From Bacteroidia bacterium (GTDB lineage: Bacteria; Bacteroidota; Bacteroidia; M30B66), in the NCBI GenBank assembly GCA_965279035.1, contig OZ257142.1, positions 1,824,001 to 1,888,000 of the forward strand: a stretch of DNA of 64,000 bases, given 5' to 3'. Of the stretch, positions 49,138 through 59,637 are shown piece after piece (within the stretch, counting starts at the first letter, position 1; each line of letters opens with the position of its first letter). The notes beneath the pieces were generated by a model. That model did not search any database and was not told the origin of the DNA. It was given only the letters and a program-made list of their open reading frames with translations. Both the position numbers and the translations under genes were made by a program.

Positions 49138-50434
49138 ACTGAACTTTTTGAAAAGTGATTCCCTGATTTGTTTCTATGATGAGTGTATAGATTCCTCTGG
49201 ATAAAGCAGATGTATTCATTTCGGTTGTATTGCCTACTAAATGAATTTTCCCTAAAAGATCGATCAGCTTATAGGAAATGAATTTTTCGCCTTCGGAGCA
49301 TTCGATGTGCATTGATTCTTCTGCTGGATTGGGATAAACTCGAGGTTTTTTCAAATTTAGTGTGTTGATGGAACTTGGTTGCTCGCACATGATTCCATTC
49401 AATCTTCTCCAAATTTCATTATCCAATACGGTAGGAACTAAACCACCCAAGCCATTAGGATCATTTCCCATACGCACCAACACAATACCTTTAGAAGGAA
49501 CAACATTCAAGTACTGACAATTTTTCCCCAATGCCGAAATCATATCATCGGGAGCATTGGGCATCAAAGAACCTGGAATAACCAACTGAGAACCAGGCAG
49601 CATGTATGATGATTTTCCATTCAACCACCAGAGATATCCATAGGAAAGATTGTAATTCTGAGAAGTATTGGTCATTGCGTCGAAATAACTCATATCGTGC
49701 AACAGTGTATCTTGATTCCAAACACCACGATTTAAAATGGTTAGTCCAAAACGAGCAAAAGCCCGAGTGGTGCTATACATCACGTTATTGCTGCCAGTCA
49801 TAATGTATGCACTAAATCCCATTCCGAGTCGAGATCGAACATTGGCATTGTAGAATTGGTTCACCGTATTGCCTGTAGCACCAGCCATAACACCATCAAG
49901 CAATGTATAAGGAGCATTGTGATATGCCCATCGAGTTCCGGCATCTGCTAAATATTCAAGGCATGTATCCATGGTGCAATCGGGTTCAGGAACACCATCG
50001 TTCAAGCCACTGGTCATAGTGAGTTGGTTTAAAACAGTAATATTGACTTCTTGTTGAGGTGTTTCATTGGTCCAGCCAGTTCCTAGATAATTGCTGCTTG
50101 GATTATGTATGTTTAAAAAACCTTGTTCTTGTGCCATACCAACCATGAATCCGGTAAGCGATTTTCCTGCAGATGCCCAATACCAAAGGCTATCGCGTGT
50201 AAACGTTCCGTAATATGCTTCCAAGGCTATTTTACCATCTTTCAAAATAAGAAAGGATTTAGAATTGTTGTCGCCTACGTAATCGATTAACGATTGAATG
50301 GAATCTGTACACCAGCCTAATTCGGTAGGTGATATGGTGTCCCAATTCGGGCCAATGATAGGAGGGAAGTAAAGTGATTGTGCATTACTTGAAGTTGCAA
50401 ACCACACAAGGAGTAGAGTGAAAATTTTTTTCAT
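49127..50434 (-). CDS. Serine hydrolase (beta-lactamase class C-like) with T9SS CTD
   Basis: SAGK (SxxK), LTMTSGL, YHN; VYPNP...GIY CTD. Confidence 0.9.
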   Translation of the reverse strand: MKKIFTLLLVWFATSSNAQSLYFPPIIGPNWDTISPTELGWCTDSIQSLIDYVGDNNSKSFLILKDGKIALEAYYGTFTRDSLWYWASAGKSLTGFMVGMAQEQGFLNIHNPSSNYLGTGWTNETPQQEVNITVLNQLTMTSGLNDGVPEPDCTMDTCLEYLADAGTRWAYHNAPYTLLDGVMAGATGNTVNQFYNANVRSRLGMGFSAYIMTGSNNVMYSTTRAFARFGLTILNRGVWNQDTLLHDMSYFDAMTNTSQNYNLSYGYLWWLNGKSSYMLPGSQLVIPGSLMPNAPDDMISALGKNCQYLNVVPSKGIVLVRMGNDPNGLGGLVPTVLDNEIWRRLNGIMCEQPSSINTLNLKKPRVYPNPAEESMHIECSEGEKFISYKLIDLLGKIHLVGNTTEMNTSALSRGIYTLIIETNQGITFQKVQCGR

Positions 50435-50473
50435 GCTTAGCAGACAGTATAAGTGAAAAGAGTTTAATGCGAT

Positions 50474-52279
50474 TTATTTTGGACAGCTAATACCTAATTG
50501 AATTGATGCATCAGTAATTCCAAGTTTCTCTGCTTGCCAAGCATCCAAACAGGCATCTGGAAGAAATAGCAATTGTTTGACTTGCGCTCGAATTAAATAT
50601 GAAAAAGCAAGTTTATCATCAAGCTGAATGGCTTTATTGCATTCATTTAGAGCTAGTTGAAGCAAGTTTGTATCGATGGGTTTATTTGTTTTAGATGGCA
50701 TGTTGAAATGAGAGATTCCTGAAGTTGATTGAATTTTAAAATTAAGCTCTTTGATTTTATTGTTTTTTTCAAAAGCCATTTTGCAATACGTTATAGCTAA
50801 ATTGGTATGAGGTAATGGATTTAGACCGGAAATAGTGCATGATTCTATTAAATCTGCCTTCGCTTTAATCAATTCATTTTTCTCGTTATACAAAACTGCA
50901 CGAACATTTAAACATGTGGAATAAATTGATTTAAATTCTTCAACTCGGCTATACGCCTGAATTACATTCACTGAACTATCAGCATATATCAAGGCTCTTT
51001 CAAATTCATTCTTATTGCTATAACACTCTGCTAAAGCTTCATACAAGGAAGCCATGGATCCAGAAAAATAAAGTAAGGCTTTTTTTTCATCCAGTTTATA
51101 CTCGGGATTTGATTTAATGTCGGTTATGAATTGGCTTTGATGTCCGGCACAATTCAAGTAATCAGAAATAGCTAAATCTATATTTCCCGCAGCTTTATAG
51201 GCATTACCTCTGAATGAAATTAAAAGTGGACTAGAAGGAAATTTTTCTAAACCTTCGTTATAATACAGGACTGCTTTATTGTAGTCTTCTAAATTATATG
51301 CTGCTATTCCTCTTTGATAATAATAGCTCTTTTGGTTAGCATCGCAGAGTTCATTTAGTTGAAGCTTTATGGTTTTAATTTCTGCGGTATCTGATTTAGG
51401 AACGAATTTTTGGGCAAGCTGATAATTGAAGCAACATGAATCCATGTTTTCTAATTTGTGCCAGCTCATCGCACGATACAAATAAGCCGTGTAATTAGAA
51501 CTGTCCATTACAATGGCATCTGTATACGATTTAATAGATAATTCGAACTCTTGTAAATAATACAAAACACTTCCTTTGTATGTGTGGTAGTCGATATTAC
51601 TAGGGTTGATTTTAATAGCTTCATTTAAATCGACGAGAGCTCTTGACCAATTGCTTTGATTGATGAAGAAATTGGCTCTAGAAAAATAAACAGCTGCATT
51701 TTCGGGTTCTTTTTCTATGGCAGTAGCAAAATCAGCTTTAGCTAAAGCTTCATAGCCAGCACGTTGATTTAGACCAGCACGTTGTATATAGCATTCTGCC
51801 CGTTCAGGCTTGAGTTGTATGGCTTTATCAAAATCACGCAAAGCACCAGCGTAATCTTTTTTGGTTTCACGCAATTCGGCACGCATTAAAAAGGCATTTT
51901 CATTCGTAGCATCTGCCACAATTGCTTTTGAAACAAGCTCTTCTGTTTTGCTTAATTGATTTTGACTTGCTGCAATCTGTGCTAAGTTGAGAAAACAATT
52001 GCTGCATTGTGGATTGATCTCAATGGCTTTTTGGTAATCGATTTTTGCTTCGTTTAATAAACCCAATTTGATTTGAGAAAATCCTCTTCCTCTCAGTGCT
52101 TTTTCATTGTTAGGTTCTTTCTGAATGAGCTCATTGTATAAATTGTAGGCTTTCTTGAATTCTGCTTTTTCGAGTAGAGAATCGGCTTGTTTTATTAGTA
52201 GATTGTTTGGTTGTGCAATTGACCTGATTGATGTATTAAAAAGTACAAGGAAAAATAAAATGATAGCCGAGTAATTCAT
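50474..52279 (-). CDS. Exported tetratricopeptide-repeat protein
   Basis: Signal peptide; many TPRs (A..D..KAI...P). Confidence 0.9.
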   Translation of the reverse strand: MNYSAIILFFLVLFNTSIRSIAQPNNLLIKQADSLLEKAEFKKAYNLYNELIQKEPNNEKALRGRGFSQIKLGLLNEAKIDYQKAIEINPQCSNCFLNLAQIAASQNQLSKTEELVSKAIVADATNENAFLMRAELRETKKDYAGALRDFDKAIQLKPERAECYIQRAGLNQRAGYEALAKADFATAIEKEPENAAVYFSRANFFINQSNWSRALVDLNEAIKINPSNIDYHTYKGSVLYYLQEFELSIKSYTDAIVMDSSNYTAYLYRAMSWHKLENMDSCCFNYQLAQKFVPKSDTAEIKTIKLQLNELCDANQKSYYYQRGIAAYNLEDYNKAVLYYNEGLEKFPSSPLLISFRGNAYKAAGNIDLAISDYLNCAGHQSQFITDIKSNPEYKLDEKKALLYFSGSMASLYEALAECYSNKNEFERALIYADSSVNVIQAYSRVEEFKSIYSTCLNVRAVLYNEKNELIKAKADLIESCTISGLNPLPHTNLAITYCKMAFEKNNKIKELNFKIQSTSGISHFNMPSKTNKPIDTNLLQLALNECNKAIQLDDKLAFSYLIRAQVKQLLFLPDACLDAWQAEKLGITDASIQLGISCPK

Positions 52280-52303
52280 ACTGCAAGCTAAAGAATTGGA
52301 TAT

Positions 52304-52448
52304 AAAAAAAGCAGCCGATTAAGACTGCTCGATTCACATGATTTTTTCAACCACTTTTACTAATAAATATGCTATAAATTCTGATTTCGTCCCGGAAACA
52401 AAAGCCTTTCGGTTAGATTGGATTGCTCCGGGTTCGAAATCTTTTTAC
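52304..52448 (-). ncRNA. Candidate small RNA or attenuating leader
   Basis: Long hairpin 52383-52441, terminator 52304-52329, promoter-like CAcTTTTG 52460-52453. Confidence 0.4.
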
Positions 52449-52669
52449 AGTGCAAAAGTGATTTTTACAGATGAATTCAATTTAAAGTGCATGTGAATAT
52501 TCACACATTGATTTGATTGAAAATTCAAGCTAAGTTTTCGTTTGTGTTAAGAATAATCAACTTACCTGTTGTGTGGTTAACTAATTAATTTAATATTTTC
52601 ATATCAACCAATGAAATAAGGCTGTTTAAGCATCTTGAAAATAAAACATTCATGTTTGTCTACGACGTA

Positions 52670-52815
52670 TTACTTTCTTGTCTTGAAACAAGAAAGTAAC
52701 CAAAGAAGTTCAAGTCTGGACGATGCTGCTTGCGCTCAAAGCCTTTTTTCGACCATTCTGCAAAGACAATCATTTTTCTAATCAAAGTCGAAACACACCC
52801 TCGCCGCCCAGACTT
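52670..52815. repeat. REP/MITE-like structured element
   Basis: TTACTTTCTTG-N8-CAAGAAAGTAA hairpin followed by CCAAAGAA; AGTCTGG/CCAGACT closing stem. Confidence 0.55.
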
Positions 52816-52867
52816 AGCCATCGCACTGATCCGTATCTAAACTTAATTTTAATTTAATATAATTTTA

Positions 52868-53834
52868 TTGAATTAGTCATTTAAGCAATAATCATTTTAT
52901 AAGTATATGGTTCTGCTTTTACCATTCTCATCATTAGATTTTCGAAGATTCCTTCATTCATTTTATGCCTGTTAAATCGATATGTATACTCATCAATATA
53001 AGGCTGTAAATGTCTAACAGAATGATGGACACCTCTAAGCCAAGCTTTAAACATCATTATTGTTCGATGGAGTTCTTTAAAATTCCTTCCTTTCTTCTCA
53101 GACTTTTCTTGAATTAGGTTCGGAAATTCAGACTCCAAGCCTTTATATCCAGCCCATTTATCAGTTCTAACATTCGCATTGGGAGCAATATGATCCCTCA
53201 TAAATTCACTCAAATTCTTTTTGTTAGCTGTCGCCACAACTTTCCCATAGAATCTTGATACGCCTCTTGATTTCTTTTCAATGGCTAGAACTACAACTTT
53301 TTTCTTTCCTTCATTTCTTCCAATGGATTTATCATCTTGTCCTCCAACATATGTTTCATCAACATCAACTTTCCCTTTCATTGGATTTTTCTTACTGCTT
53401 TTCATTGCATTCATAACCTTTTGTTTAAACAACCAACAAGTCTTCTGCCCCAAATCAAGCTTTCTACTTAGCTCAGTACTGCTTATTCCTTTCTTGCTAG
53501 TTGATACATAGAAAACAATATAAAAAGCCTTCAGAATTGAAAATTTACATTTGTGAAACAGTGTTCCAGATGTTGGCGATTCTAAATGCCTGCAAACAGT
53601 GCATTGCCGCTCGTAAAGACTAATGCCTTTACAAAAGTTTTTGTTCTTACATCGTCGACAGGAATAACCATTTGACCATTTCAAATTTGCCAAATATGCG
53701 TAACAACTTTCTTGATTTGGAAACTGAGCCTGAAAATCAAATAATGAAAGGCTTTTAAATTGTGCATTCATATTGTATCTTTTGATTGCCCTAAATTATT
53801 AAAGAAATCAATATTGACTAAACTACTAATTCAA
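52868..53834 (-). mobile_element. Complete IS1595-family element (967 bp)
   Basis: 23-bp imperfect TIRs TTGAATTAGT..TTTA..CAATA (19/23); 8-bp TSD TAATTTTA at 52860-52867 and 53835-53842. Confidence 0.92.
52881..53771 (-). CDS. IS1595-family DDE transposase
   Basis: Zn ribbon CxxC..CxxC, VDETYVGG, RTD.W.GY, HLQPY.DEY.YRFN. Confidence 0.95.
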   Translation of the reverse strand: MNAQFKSLSLFDFQAQFPNQESCYAYLANLKWSNGYSCRRCKNKNFCKGISLYERQCTVCRHLESPTSGTLFHKCKFSILKAFYIVFYVSTSKKGISSTELSRKLDLGQKTCWLFKQKVMNAMKSSKKNPMKGKVDVDETYVGGQDDKSIGRNEGKKKVVVLAIEKKSRGVSRFYGKVVATANKKNLSEFMRDHIAPNANVRTDKWAGYKGLESEFPNLIQEKSEKKGRNFKELHRTIMMFKAWLRGVHHSVRHLQPYIDEYTYRFNRHKMNEGIFENLMMRMVKAEPYTYKMIIA

Positions 53835-53928
53835 TAATTTTATTTAAAGTCATCTTCAAACATAGAATATTGGCAAATGCGATTAACATTATTGAATAAT
53901 ATAATTAATTTCTAACAGTACAGCTGGT

Positions 53929-54999
53929 TCAATTTGAAGAAGGAATTTCTAAAACCACTTCATCACTTTGTGCGTGACCAGTACAAATCAATACCCAGCC
54001 TTGCATTAAATCATTATCGGTTAGGACTTCGTTTCGAACCATTTCTACTTTTCCTGAAATGCACTTTGCCATGCAGGTACTGCATCGTCCCGATTCACAA
54101 GACCATGGAAGTTCGATGTTGTTTTTTTTAGCGAATGCTAGAATCGTTTCGTTTGAAGGGATTTTTAAATGATACAGTTTGTCTTTGTAAGTGATGTTTA
54201 CTTGACGAATTCGGGTGCTGAATTTTGTTTGGATTTCTGAGGGGATTTCTTGGTAAAATAATTCCTGATGGAAATGTTCCGCAGGTATTCCCACACTGCG
54301 CGAAACAACTTCCGATAAGTACATGTAACTTTCAGGTCCACAAGAAAATACATGTGCATTTGATAAGGGAAAGTTCAAGGCGTTTTGCAAATAATTTTCT
54401 AAGAATTCTCCTGTCAAATGGGCATCGAAAATGTTTTTAGCATCACTAAGAAACCAATGAATTTGAAGTTGATTTGGAAATGAATCAGCAAGTCGATTTA
54501 ATTCATTATAGAAAATACATTCTTCTTTTGATTTACTGCTATAAAGCAAATGCAAGCGAACATTTTTCATCTGGAGTAATGCCGTTTGTAGCATACTCAT
54601 AATGGGTGAAATTCCACTTCCAGCTGCAATAAAAATCAGATCGCAAGGAGTTGTTATTTCAGGTAGTTTGAACTTTCCTGCTGGTTCCAAACACTCGATA
54701 CTATTTCCTAATTGCCAACGATCGAAAATCTCACGCGATCCTTCACCATTACTAATTCGCTTCACTGTGATACGAATCAATTCTTCCCCCGGAAGCGAAG
54801 AAATAGAATAGGAACGTCGAATCGGAAATGTGCTTGGTTTGAGGATAACCGTAAGAAATTGACCAGCAACAAATGTCAATGTTTTGCCATCTATTGGTTT
54901 GAAGTAGATACTCTTGGTGGATGGAGTTTCAAGTTCAATTCGTACAATCTCAAGCAATCGAAATTCACTCAACGTAAACGATGTTTTATTGTCGGACAA
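53929..54999 (-). CDS. Flavin reductase-[2Fe-2S] ferredoxin fusion (PaaE-like)
   Basis: RSYSISS, AAGSGISP, CGP, C.SG.CSTC...C. Confidence 0.92.
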   Translation of the reverse strand: MSDNKTSFTLSEFRLLEIVRIELETPSTKSIYFKPIDGKTLTFVAGQFLTVILKPSTFPIRRSYSISSLPGEELIRITVKRISNGEGSREIFDRWQLGNSIECLEPAGKFKLPEITTPCDLIFIAAGSGISPIMSMLQTALLQMKNVRLHLLYSSKSKEECIFYNELNRLADSFPNQLQIHWFLSDAKNIFDAHLTGEFLENYLQNALNFPLSNAHVFSCGPESYMYLSEVVSRSVGIPAEHFHQELFYQEIPSEIQTKFSTRIRQVNITYKDKLYHLKIPSNETILAFAKKNNIELPWSCESGRCSTCMAKCISGKVEMVRNEVLTDNDLMQGWVLICTGHAQSDEVVLEIPSSN

Positions 55000-56758
55000 G
55001 TCTTAACTGCTCTCCATTTTCAGCAGATAATATATACACACCTGCTGAGGGTAAGTGAATGGTTTCGGAATTCTTTAATTGAAATTCCTGAATGAGTTTT
55101 CCTTGAATCGAATAAAGCTTCATGTTCATTGGTTTTCCTGCATTTTTGACAAATACATCTTCTCCTGATGGTATAGGAAAAGCAGAAATTTTACTTGTGT
55201 TTTCAGATACTTGTTCCATTCCAACAAAGGCACTGAGTTGTGCAATGTGGTTGATTTCAGTACCTAAATGATGAGTAAAAGCTCCTCCAGCATAAAGCAT
55301 AGCTTGATCTACAGATAGACAATAAACAGTAGAATCAAAAACAGCAACGGGTGTTGGAAATTCATCTGGACTATTCCATTTCATGAGGTTCTTACCAAAG
55401 GTCATTAAATCATATTGATCAAAATCTCCTCCTGCATATAACATGTTCGACATGAGTTTAATGGTGTAAATAACTCCGGTGGTGTCGAGTTGGGCAATTT
55501 CGTTCATACCAGTTAAGGAAAGCCAATTACCGCCGCTGTATTGCATCATTCCGTAAACCTGTCCATTTTCCATAAAAGCTCCGGCAGCCGTTGGTTCATT
55601 ATTCCAATTTTCCACGTCGTACACCACAGTTCCGATACCATTTCCAATGGCTTCAGGCAACCCGTTAAATAGTTTGCCAATGTGGTTTGTGTTAACAGCG
55701 CCCGATTGAGTGAATTCTCCTCCGTAAATTAATCCATCGGCGGTTGTTTTGAGACAACGTACAGGACCATTTGGACTCCAGCTTAATGCAACCCATTCGC
55801 TACCATTCCATTTAGCCAAATTACTTCCGCTAGGTAAAGTGAAATCACCAGCAGCATATAAAGTTCCTTCGTGCCATTCAAGATCGTAGATTGTACCATT
55901 GATTGCAGTTCCCATTGGCACCCAAACACCATCTTGAATTCGAGTAATATTCGAAACAGTATGACTTCCAGCTTGACTAAAGTTTCCAGCCGCAATAAGT
56001 TGCTGATTAATCGAATCAAGAGCGTAAACCGGACCATTTGTCCCGCCTGAAGTTTCTGTCCATAGCCAACCTGCAAAACCCGAAATGTAGGTAGCGATAT
56101 GAGCTGCTGGTTGATTATCTGCTTGATTAAAAGCGCCTGCAGCGATGAGTTCTCCGTTTAAGTTTATAATATCGTACACATCGTTGTTGGTTCCATTAAG
56201 CAAAGGAATAACGGTTGTAGTTGGCGGGTAACCAGGTTGAATCCAAGCTAATTCATCTACTGTAAAACCATTCTGTGTTGCCCATTCTACAACTCCATTC
56301 ACTTGAATTTCGCGCACGTAAGCGAGATTTTGTTTCCGACAAATTTCCTGAGCGAGTGCATCTGCTCCGCTTTGTTCCATCAGATAACCAACAGCACAAT
56401 GCGTATTGTAATGATCAATAAAGACAGGTGTTTGATACGGTGCATGTTCGTTAATGGGGAATTTACCTACTTTACAATAAGCATCTAAAACGCTTAATAA
56501 ATGCATCCGATTGGCTTGCTGAGAAGCAGATAATGTTGAAGTCTTCCGAGCACTTAACACTTGAATCACATTGGATAAATGCAATTGAATGGCTTCATTA
56601 AAATTTTTAACAGAACAGGAATTTATTGACCATTCTTTGGGTAAATCGGTTTGTTTTAATACCTCTTTGTTTACACGCTGCATGCATTGGATAGTAGTTT
56701 CGGATGCAATGAGCGGTTGCATTAAGAAAAAAACAAGAAATGGAAACAGAATTTTCAT
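54986..56758 (-). CDS. T9SS CTD protein: uncharacterised N-terminal domain + beta-propeller
   Basis: FPIN...PVFID...THCAVGYLM; repeated LYAGG.F blades; AFPIP...GVYIL CTD. Confidence 0.8.
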   Translation of the reverse strand: MKILFPFLVFFLMQPLIASETTIQCMQRVNKEVLKQTDLPKEWSINSCSVKNFNEAIQLHLSNVIQVLSARKTSTLSASQQANRMHLLSVLDAYCKVGKFPINEHAPYQTPVFIDHYNTHCAVGYLMEQSGADALAQEICRKQNLAYVREIQVNGVVEWATQNGFTVDELAWIQPGYPPTTTVIPLLNGTNNDVYDIINLNGELIAAGAFNQADNQPAAHIATYISGFAGWLWTETSGGTNGPVYALDSINQQLIAAGNFSQAGSHTVSNITRIQDGVWVPMGTAINGTIYDLEWHEGTLYAAGDFTLPSGSNLAKWNGSEWVALSWSPNGPVRCLKTTADGLIYGGEFTQSGAVNTNHIGKLFNGLPEAIGNGIGTVVYDVENWNNEPTAAGAFMENGQVYGMMQYSGGNWLSLTGMNEIAQLDTTGVIYTIKLMSNMLYAGGDFDQYDLMTFGKNLMKWNSPDEFPTPVAVFDSTVYCLSVDQAMLYAGGAFTHHLGTEINHIAQLSAFVGMEQVSENTSKISAFPIPSGEDVFVKNAGKPMNMKLYSIQGKLIQEFQLKNSETIHLPSAGVYILSAENGEQLRLVRQ

Positions 56759-56864
56759 GACGTATTGATTATTGGAGAAAGATAATGAATGAAGAATGGA
56801 TTGTCAATGCAGAAAATCATTCATATTAGGTTTAATACATTTGGATTTCAAATTTTGAGGTTAG

Positions 56865-58709
56865 ATGCGAAAAGTAGTTTTAGGTTTTATTGGATTGATT
56901 TTTCATTTTCAACTAAGTGCAAATCAACCAGAACGAGTGGAACCAGCGAATTGGTGGGCAGGAATGAAATCTCCGTTTTTGCAAGTCTTGGTAAAAGCTC
57001 CACGTATTTCACAATTGAATGTTCGATTTTCTTATCCGGGTTTGCGTTTGTTGAAGTCTCATCCTGGCGATCATCCTGATTATTTATTTCTCGATTTAGA
57101 ACTTTCGGATCAACTTCAGCCAGGTGATTGTGAGTTTACTTTTTACGATTCTGCTAAACAAGCGAAAAAGCACTATCAATACACCTATCGTTTTCTAAAA
57201 CGCAACGAAGGTTCTGCTCAGCGCAAAGGTTTTTCGGGGAAAGATGTGATTTACCTCATTTGTCCCGATCGTTTTGTGAATGGCGATCAGAGCAACGATT
57301 CCAAACCCGATATGCCTGATAAACTCAATCGGAACGATCCATCAGGGCGACACGGAGGCGATATTCAAGGCATTATTCAATCGCTCGATTATTTACAAAA
57401 CTTGGGTATTACTTCTTTGTGGATTAATCCTTTGGTGGAAAACAATATGCCTCAGCATTCTTATCATGGCTATGCAATTACTGATTTCTACAAAATAGAT
57501 CCACGATATGGTGATATAGAACTTTACCTGAAGCTTGTTCAGGAAGCCAAATTGCGCGGTATATCAATCATTGCAGATCAGGTAGCAAATCATTGTGGTT
57601 CTTCGCATTGGTGGATGAAAGCACTTCCATTTAAAGATTGGATCAATTATTCCGATTCGGCTCAGTTTACCAATCACATGCGCAGCACCTTGCTCGATCC
57701 ACATGCTGTTGCTGATGATCGTACTTTATTCTCCGATGGTTGGTTTGTACCTACCATGCCCGATCTAAACCAGCGAAATTCATTCGTAGCAAACTACCTC
57801 ATTCAAAACAGCATTTGGTGGGTAGAAACTGCTGGATTGGGTGGAATTCGAATGGATACGTATTCCTATCCTGATAAGGCATTCATGAATATTTGGTCAA
57901 AACGAATTATGGATGAATATCCTAACTTTTCGATAGTAGGAGAGGAGTGGTCGGAAAATCCGGCTCTTGTTGCTCAGTGGCAAGCAAAGGATAAAGTTAT
58001 TTCGGGTGAATCGGCTTTACCTTCTTTGATGGATTTTCCACTACAAGCTGCATTAGTCAAAGCACTTACTCAACCCGAAAACTGGAACACAGGCTGGATT
58101 TTACTCTATGAAGCATTAGCAAATGATTTCCAATATCCACATCCCGAAAAGTTGGTGGTTTTTGGTGATAATCATGATATGGATCGTTTTTATTCGCAGT
58201 TGGGTTCGAATCCATCTTTGTTTCGTTTGGGCATGGTGTATTTGCTTACTACACAGCGTATCCCGCAAATTATGTATGGAACTGAAATTCTCATGCGCAA
58301 TGAAAAACATAATAATCATGGAGAAATTCGCAGCGATTTTCCTGGTGGATGGAACGCCGATTCGGTGAATGTCTTTTCTAAGCAAGGGTTATCGACCGAT
58401 CAAATTCAGGCATACGAATTTTTAAGCCGTCTGCTTAACTGGCGTAAATCATCCGAAGTCATCCATTCAGGATCAATGGTTCATTTTGCTCCCCAAAAAG
58501 GGGTTTATGTATATGCGCGTGAAAAGGGAACAAAATCGGTTTTGGTTTTAATGAATAAAGAGAATTCAGAAGTAACGATTGACCTGAGTCGTTTTTCTTC
58601 AATAATTCGTGATCGAAAAATTGCAAAGGATGTTTTGGCAGATCAAGAGATTTCGGTGAGTAAAGAGTTGATAATCTCTCCCATTTCGGCTAAAATAATT
58701 GAATTCTGA
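56865..58709 (+). CDS. GH13 cyclomaltodextrinase/neopullulanase (SusA-like)
   Basis: RVEP.NWW.GM N-domain, YHGY, ANH, RMDT, VGEEW, DNHD. Confidence 0.93.
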   Translation: MRKVVLGFIGLIFHFQLSANQPERVEPANWWAGMKSPFLQVLVKAPRISQLNVRFSYPGLRLLKSHPGDHPDYLFLDLELSDQLQPGDCEFTFYDSAKQAKKHYQYTYRFLKRNEGSAQRKGFSGKDVIYLICPDRFVNGDQSNDSKPDMPDKLNRNDPSGRHGGDIQGIIQSLDYLQNLGITSLWINPLVENNMPQHSYHGYAITDFYKIDPRYGDIELYLKLVQEAKLRGISIIADQVANHCGSSHWWMKALPFKDWINYSDSAQFTNHMRSTLLDPHAVADDRTLFSDGWFVPTMPDLNQRNSFVANYLIQNSIWWVETAGLGGIRMDTYSYPDKAFMNIWSKRIMDEYPNFSIVGEEWSENPALVAQWQAKDKVISGESALPSLMDFPLQAALVKALTQPENWNTGWILLYEALANDFQYPHPEKLVVFGDNHDMDRFYSQLGSNPSLFRLGMVYLLTTQRIPQIMYGTEILMRNEKHNNHGEIRSDFPGGWNADSVNVFSKQGLSTDQIQAYEFLSRLLNWRKSSEVIHSGSMVHFAPQKGVYVYAREKGTKSVLVLMNKENSEVTIDLSRFSSIIRDRKIAKDVLADQEISVSKELIISPISAKIIEF

Positions 58710-58749
58710 AGCGCATTTTCCCTTCTTTTGTGCGAGAATTTCATGTTAT

Positions 58750-59637
58750 ATGATTCGTTTTATCATTGTTTTTTGTTTGTGTACTATGACGCTTTCGGCT
58801 CAGAAGAAAGTTCCCGGAAATGGTCGAATTCAACGTTTTCCACTCTTCCCATCAAGTCAAGTTGCACCACGCGATATAGATGTTTGGCTACCTGAAGAGT
58901 ATCCGCTAAAAGGACCGTATTCGGTTATCTATATGCATGATGGGCAGAATCTTTTCGACTCTGCTACAGCTTATGGAAATATTCCTTGGAAAGCCGGAGA
59001 AGCTGCATCTTTATTATTACGGAATAAGAAAATTGCACAATGCATCATCGTTGGGATTCACTCTACTGAAAAACGCTTTTTAGAATACAATCCTCAATCA
59101 GTTTTCAAAACACTTCCTGCTACTCTTCAACAAAAGTTGATCACCGAATACCAAGGTGAACCTATTTCGGATGCTTACCTGTTATTTATCGTCAAAGAGT
59201 TAAAGCCTTTTATTGATAATACATTTTACACCAGTCGTTTACAAGAGAATACATGCATTGCTGGTTCCAGTATGGGCGGATTGATTTCTCTTTATGCTCT
59301 ATGTGAATATCCAAACATATTTGGTGTTGCAGGATGTATTTCAACACATTGGCCGGTGAGTTTAAAAATGAATGATGCCCGAATTCCGAAGGCGATAAAA
59401 GCCTATTTAACTAAGAAATTGCCTATGGATGGAAAGCATCGAATTTACTTTGATTACGGTACTGAAACGCTAGATAAACAGTACAAACCGTATCAAAAGG
59501 AAATTGATTTATTGATGAAGGAAAAAGGGTATTCTAAAAAGAATTGGGTAACGAAAGAATTTCCTGGAGCAGCTCATACTGAAGCATCATGGCAAAGCCG
59601 ATTTCCGAGTGTTCTCAAATTTATGTTAGCCAAGTAA
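58750..59637 (+). CDS. Alpha/beta-hydrolase esterase
   Basis: YMHDGQNLFD, GSSMGG, H.E.SW. Confidence 0.9.
   Translation: MIRFIIVFCLCTMTLSAQKKVPGNGRIQRFPLFPSSQVAPRDIDVWLPEEYPLKGPYSVIYMHDGQNLFDSATAYGNIPWKAGEAASLLLRNKKIAQCIIVGIHSTEKRFLEYNPQSVFKTLPATLQQKLITEYQGEPISDAYLLFIVKELKPFIDNTFYTSRLQENTCIAGSSMGGLISLYALCEYPNIFGVAGCISTHWPVSLKMNDARIPKAIKAYLTKKLPMDGKHRIYFDYGTETLDKQYKPYQKEIDLLMKEKGYSKKNWVTKEFPGAAHTEASWQSRFPSVLKFMLAK

Noticed and set aside
49127-50434. Antibiotic-resistance beta-lactamase
   Set aside because: Generic SxxK serine hydrolase with T9SS CTD; lacks a clear AmpC KTG motif
52383-52441. SRP RNA, tRNA or c-di-GMP riboswitch
   Set aside because: Lacks their diagnostic motifs; no tRNA or rRNA was recognised anywhere in the window
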